This document shows, in pieces, positions 33,857-36,334 of a DNA stretch of 36,334 nucleotides. Made by a program: the position numbers and the translations under genes. Under the pieces are notes generated by a model, which had not been told where the DNA came from, ran no database searches, and saw only the letters and a program-made list of their open reading frames with translations. Source of the DNA: a virus (Duplodnaviria; Caudoviricetes); IMG/VR virus record IMGVR_UViG_3300017774_001282, positions 1-36,334 of that record. One strand, 5' to 3'. The stretch's first letter is position 1. Each line of letters opens with the position of its first letter.

Positions 33857-35176
33857 ATGCCAGTTTTACAACCCGGTGGCGTGTCCACAAACGGCGCAGG
33901 CGTAAATAGACAGTTTGTCTCTGACATGTCTATCCTTAAGCCTCAGTACTACTCTCAGTTCATTGAGAAGTACGGATCTCAGAATTATGCCCAATTGCTT
34001 GAAGCTTTGGGAATGAAGGCAACCGTGCCTGCAAAGAAGTTCGGTCACTTCGAGTCTCGTGGTAAGTTGCACGACAACGTAAAAGTATTGTCATTCACTG
34101 GCGGTGCTTCTGCAGGTGCTTCTGCTACCGTAACAATTGACCCTGCCTCTATTCTTAACTCTAGGAGCCCTATCCGTTCAGGTGAGGTTCTTGAGAACGC
34201 AAAGAATGGTAAGCAGTACAAGGTTACGAGTGTTAGCACATACCCTAACATCTTCGTGATGACTCCCTTCGATTCAACTGAGTTGATCAACGCAACACTT
34301 GTTGCTGCTGACTTCCTGTTGTTCCGTGGAATCTCTGAGGCTGGTGAGGCTTCAACCAAGTTTGATACCTTGACTGGTCTTATCGAAGAGAAGACTTTCT
34401 ACACCACTGAGATCCGTGAAGATTTCACCATCAGTGATCGTGCTAAGATTGAAGAACTTTACTTTGAAGTTAACGGTCAGCCTTACTACACCTACAAAGG
34501 ACTCGATGAGGCCGTACGTAGGTTCATGAACAACAAGGAGTTTAAGTTGATGTTCGGTAAGCCTCAGGGCGCAACTGGAACAACTGGCTTGATTCCTCAA
34601 GTTGAGGCAGGTGGCCAGGTTACCACATGGGGCTCTACATTTGATGTAGACGATTTCCATAACATTGCCCGTCTTGCTGACTTCAACGGTGGTGCTCAAG
34701 AGTATCACTTCTTGATGGATAGCTACCTGAGAAGCGCTGTTGATGATGCCTTGTTTGCAAAGTATCAGAACGGTGCTATTCAGTGGGCTTCTGTTGGTGG
34801 ATCTTCTGAGGTTGCAGTTAAGTACGGCTTTGATTCTATCAAAATCGACGGAACTACCTTCCACTTGAAGAAGTACCTTCCTTTCAATGCAGAAGCTGTT
34901 TACGGACAGACTATCGGTACTGCAGGTTACTACGCTCGTACAGGTCTTTTGATTCCTGTTAAGGACGGTCGTGACGCTCAAACTGGTGACAAAGTTCCTT
35001 CACTCCGTCTTGTGTACAACGAGGTTGAGCCAGGAAAAGAAGTCAAGGTTTGGGAGACTGGTGCTCTTGCTAAGGTTCCAACCAACGATAAGATGGAACT
35101 GAACGTACACCACATGTCTTACTGCGGTATTCAGCTGTTCGCAGCTAACCAATTCATTAAGATTACACACTCCTAG
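33857..35176 (+). CDS. Major capsid protein
   Basis: 439 aa after the scaffold; highly biased codon usage; TTGLIPQV..GG motif; followed by a terminator. Confidence 0.88.
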   Translation: MPVLQPGGVSTNGAGVNRQFVSDMSILKPQYYSQFIEKYGSQNYAQLLEALGMKATVPAKKFGHFESRGKLHDNVKVLSFTGGASAGASATVTIDPASILNSRSPIRSGEVLENAKNGKQYKVTSVSTYPNIFVMTPFDSTELINATLVAADFLLFRGISEAGEASTKFDTLTGLIEEKTFYTTEIREDFTISDRAKIEELYFEVNGQPYYTYKGLDEAVRRFMNNKEFKLMFGKPQGATGTTGLIPQVEAGGQVTTWGSTFDVDDFHNIARLADFNGGAQEYHFLMDSYLRSAVDDALFAKYQNGAIQWASVGGSSEVAVKYGFDSIKIDGTTFHLKKYLPFNAEAVYGQTIGTAGYYARTGLLIPVKDGRDAQTGDKVPSLRLVYNEVEPGKEVKVWETGALAKVPTNDKMELNVHHMSYCGIQLFAANQFIKITHS

Positions 35177-35195
35177 TAGTGTCTGATATGAATAA

Positions 35196-35230
35196 AAGAG
35201 GCCCCTCCTAGTGAGGGGCTTTCTTTTTTT
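35196..35230 (+). terminator. Rho-independent terminator after MCP
   Basis: GCCCCTC-CTAGT-GAGGGGC plus TTTCTTTTTTT. Confidence 0.85.
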
Positions 35231-35262
35231 ACTATATTTGTGTAAACCAAAAACAAAGAAAC

Positions 35263-36180
35263 ATGGCAAAGGCTACACGTAAAACACTTGACGAAAATGG
35301 CAACCTAGTTAATATTGCGTCAGGACCGGAAGAAATTAATGAGGTTGTTGACATTAAGATCGACACACCTAAAAAGAAAAAAGAGCCAAAGGAATACATT
35401 TTCCAGTTGATAGACAAGTTCTACACGTCAACATCTAACTTTAACAGGCCTCCATATCCTGAGACCTACACGATAAGGAACACTGACGTAATCTTCGACC
35501 AGGAGACTGGCATGGAGAGAAACATCAGGTATCTGGAAGGGGTTGGGACTATATTTGAAGATGAGCAGGAACACCTGTCTGATAATAAGAAGAGGCAACG
35601 GCCTGACATTAAGTTCGTTAGCGGAGTTCTTGTTGTGCCATCAAACAGGACGTCTCTAGTTAAGTTCCTAACAATCAGTAACATGAACGAGGGGAATAAG
35701 AACACGATTGCTGGAACAAGGCACGTTTACAGACTGCTTGACTTCGAGGCACAAGAGGAGCAGGCAATCAATAAGGCTGAGACTAGGATGGACGCAATGA
35801 AGCTGGCAATGAGCGCTCCTGTGGAGAATATGATACCACACGCCCAGTTTCTTGGGGTGAGGTTTAAGAACCAGTACGGAGAAGATAGGGGAGATAAGGC
35901 GATCAGGGTAGACTACCTTGACTTTGCTGATAACAATCCTGAGGCGTTCATTAAGTCGTACAACAATCCGTTGGTGAAGGTTGAGTACATAATCAGGAAG
36001 GGAGTGAATGTTAGCCTCATTGACCTAGACTCAAGTAAGGGTCAGGCAATATGGGGAGACAGTAGGAAGTTTATCGTCCAGATTCCGGACAACGTAAACG
36101 CAATAAAGTTCCTTTCTGAGTTCTGCTTGACAGAAAAAGGTAAAGATTTCTATGCGCAGCTGAAGACAATGGCTGACTAA
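35263..36180 (+). CDS. Conserved post-MCP hypothetical (structural-module) protein
   Basis: 305 aa; R.IRY.....IF.DEQ...F..G.L.V motif typical of the gene following MCP in Bacteroidota phages. Confidence 0.7.
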   Translation: MAKATRKTLDENGNLVNIASGPEEINEVVDIKIDTPKKKKEPKEYIFQLIDKFYTSTSNFNRPPYPETYTIRNTDVIFDQETGMERNIRYLEGVGTIFEDEQEHLSDNKKRQRPDIKFVSGVLVVPSNRTSLVKFLTISNMNEGNKNTIAGTRHVYRLLDFEAQEEQAINKAETRMDAMKLAMSAPVENMIPHAQFLGVRFKNQYGEDRGDKAIRVDYLDFADNNPEAFIKSYNNPLVKVEYIIRKGVNVSLIDLDSSKGQAIWGDSRKFIVQIPDNVNAIKFLSEFCLTEKGKDFYAQLKTMAD

Positions 36181-36210
36181 TATAGCTTCTGTTTCTTATG
36201 GTTTGATTGG

Positions 36211-36247
36211 TTTCTCCCGGTAGGTCTCTACTGGGAGATTTTGTTTT
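36211..36247 (+). terminator. Rho-independent terminator
   Basis: TCTCCCGGTAG-GTCT-CTACTGGGAGA plus TTTTGTTTT. Confidence 0.7.
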
Positions 36248-36258
36248 ATATTTGCATT

Positions 36259-36334
36259 ATGAATATTAATGAGGTATACAAGCTAGTATCTTATTTGGTA
36301 GATAAGTACCAAGGTACGTACCTATCGCCTGAAG
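36259..36334 (+). CDS. Start of a structural (head-tail) protein, 3' truncated
   Basis: MNINEVYKLVSYLVDKYQGTYLSPE; TATATTTG box at 36247-36254. Confidence 0.6.
   Translation, partial: MNINEVYKLVSYLVDKYQGTYLSPE

Noticed and set aside
6174-35705. Numerous antisense or nested ORFs in the ORF track (e.g. 6174..6518, 14209..14784, 24466..25047, 34352..34981)
   Set aside because: Shadow ORFs opposite well-supported genes, with no motifs or initiation signals
1-36334. Stop-codon reassignment as in some crAss-like phages
   Set aside because: Core genes are full length under the standard code, and TAG, TGA and TAA all act as stops

Overview
This window is part of a tailed dsDNA phage genome, almost certainly infecting a Bacteroidota host: TAnnTTTG (-7) promoter boxes precede most transcription units and A-rich leaders replace Shine-Dalgarno sites. 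Layout: (1) 1-5.9 kb, + strand, end of the late region (tail-fibre cassettes, HNH, holin and GH19 endolysin); (2) 5.9-22.7 kb, - strand, early/replication region (two metallophosphoesterases, DUF1064 nuclease, BT4734/VirE_N primase fused to a DnaB-like helicase, SSB-like protein, DUF3799 exonuclease, ERF recombinase, Nmad1-like protein, DnaA C-terminal-domain protein, DUF932, Gp88-like protein, many small ORFs); (3) a ~1.4 kb divergent non-coding control region (22.7-24.1 kb); (4) 24.1-36.3 kb, + strand, RepL-like protein, HEXXH peptidase, small basic proteins, GroES-like protein, terminase, portal, scaffold and major capsid protein. The most striking content is non-coding: a type-P1 twister self-cleaving ribozyme (22726-22791, -) ending a ~500-nt structured, boxA-containing early leader; a perfect chromosomal parS site (23704-23719) within TTAACA-N5-TTAACA arrays; a ~530-nt ORF-free promoter/attenuator/structured-RNA locus (12.8-13.3 kb) with complementarity to the twister region; and two covarying intergenic RNA elements. 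Protein family calls come from motif recognition by eye, not database searches.
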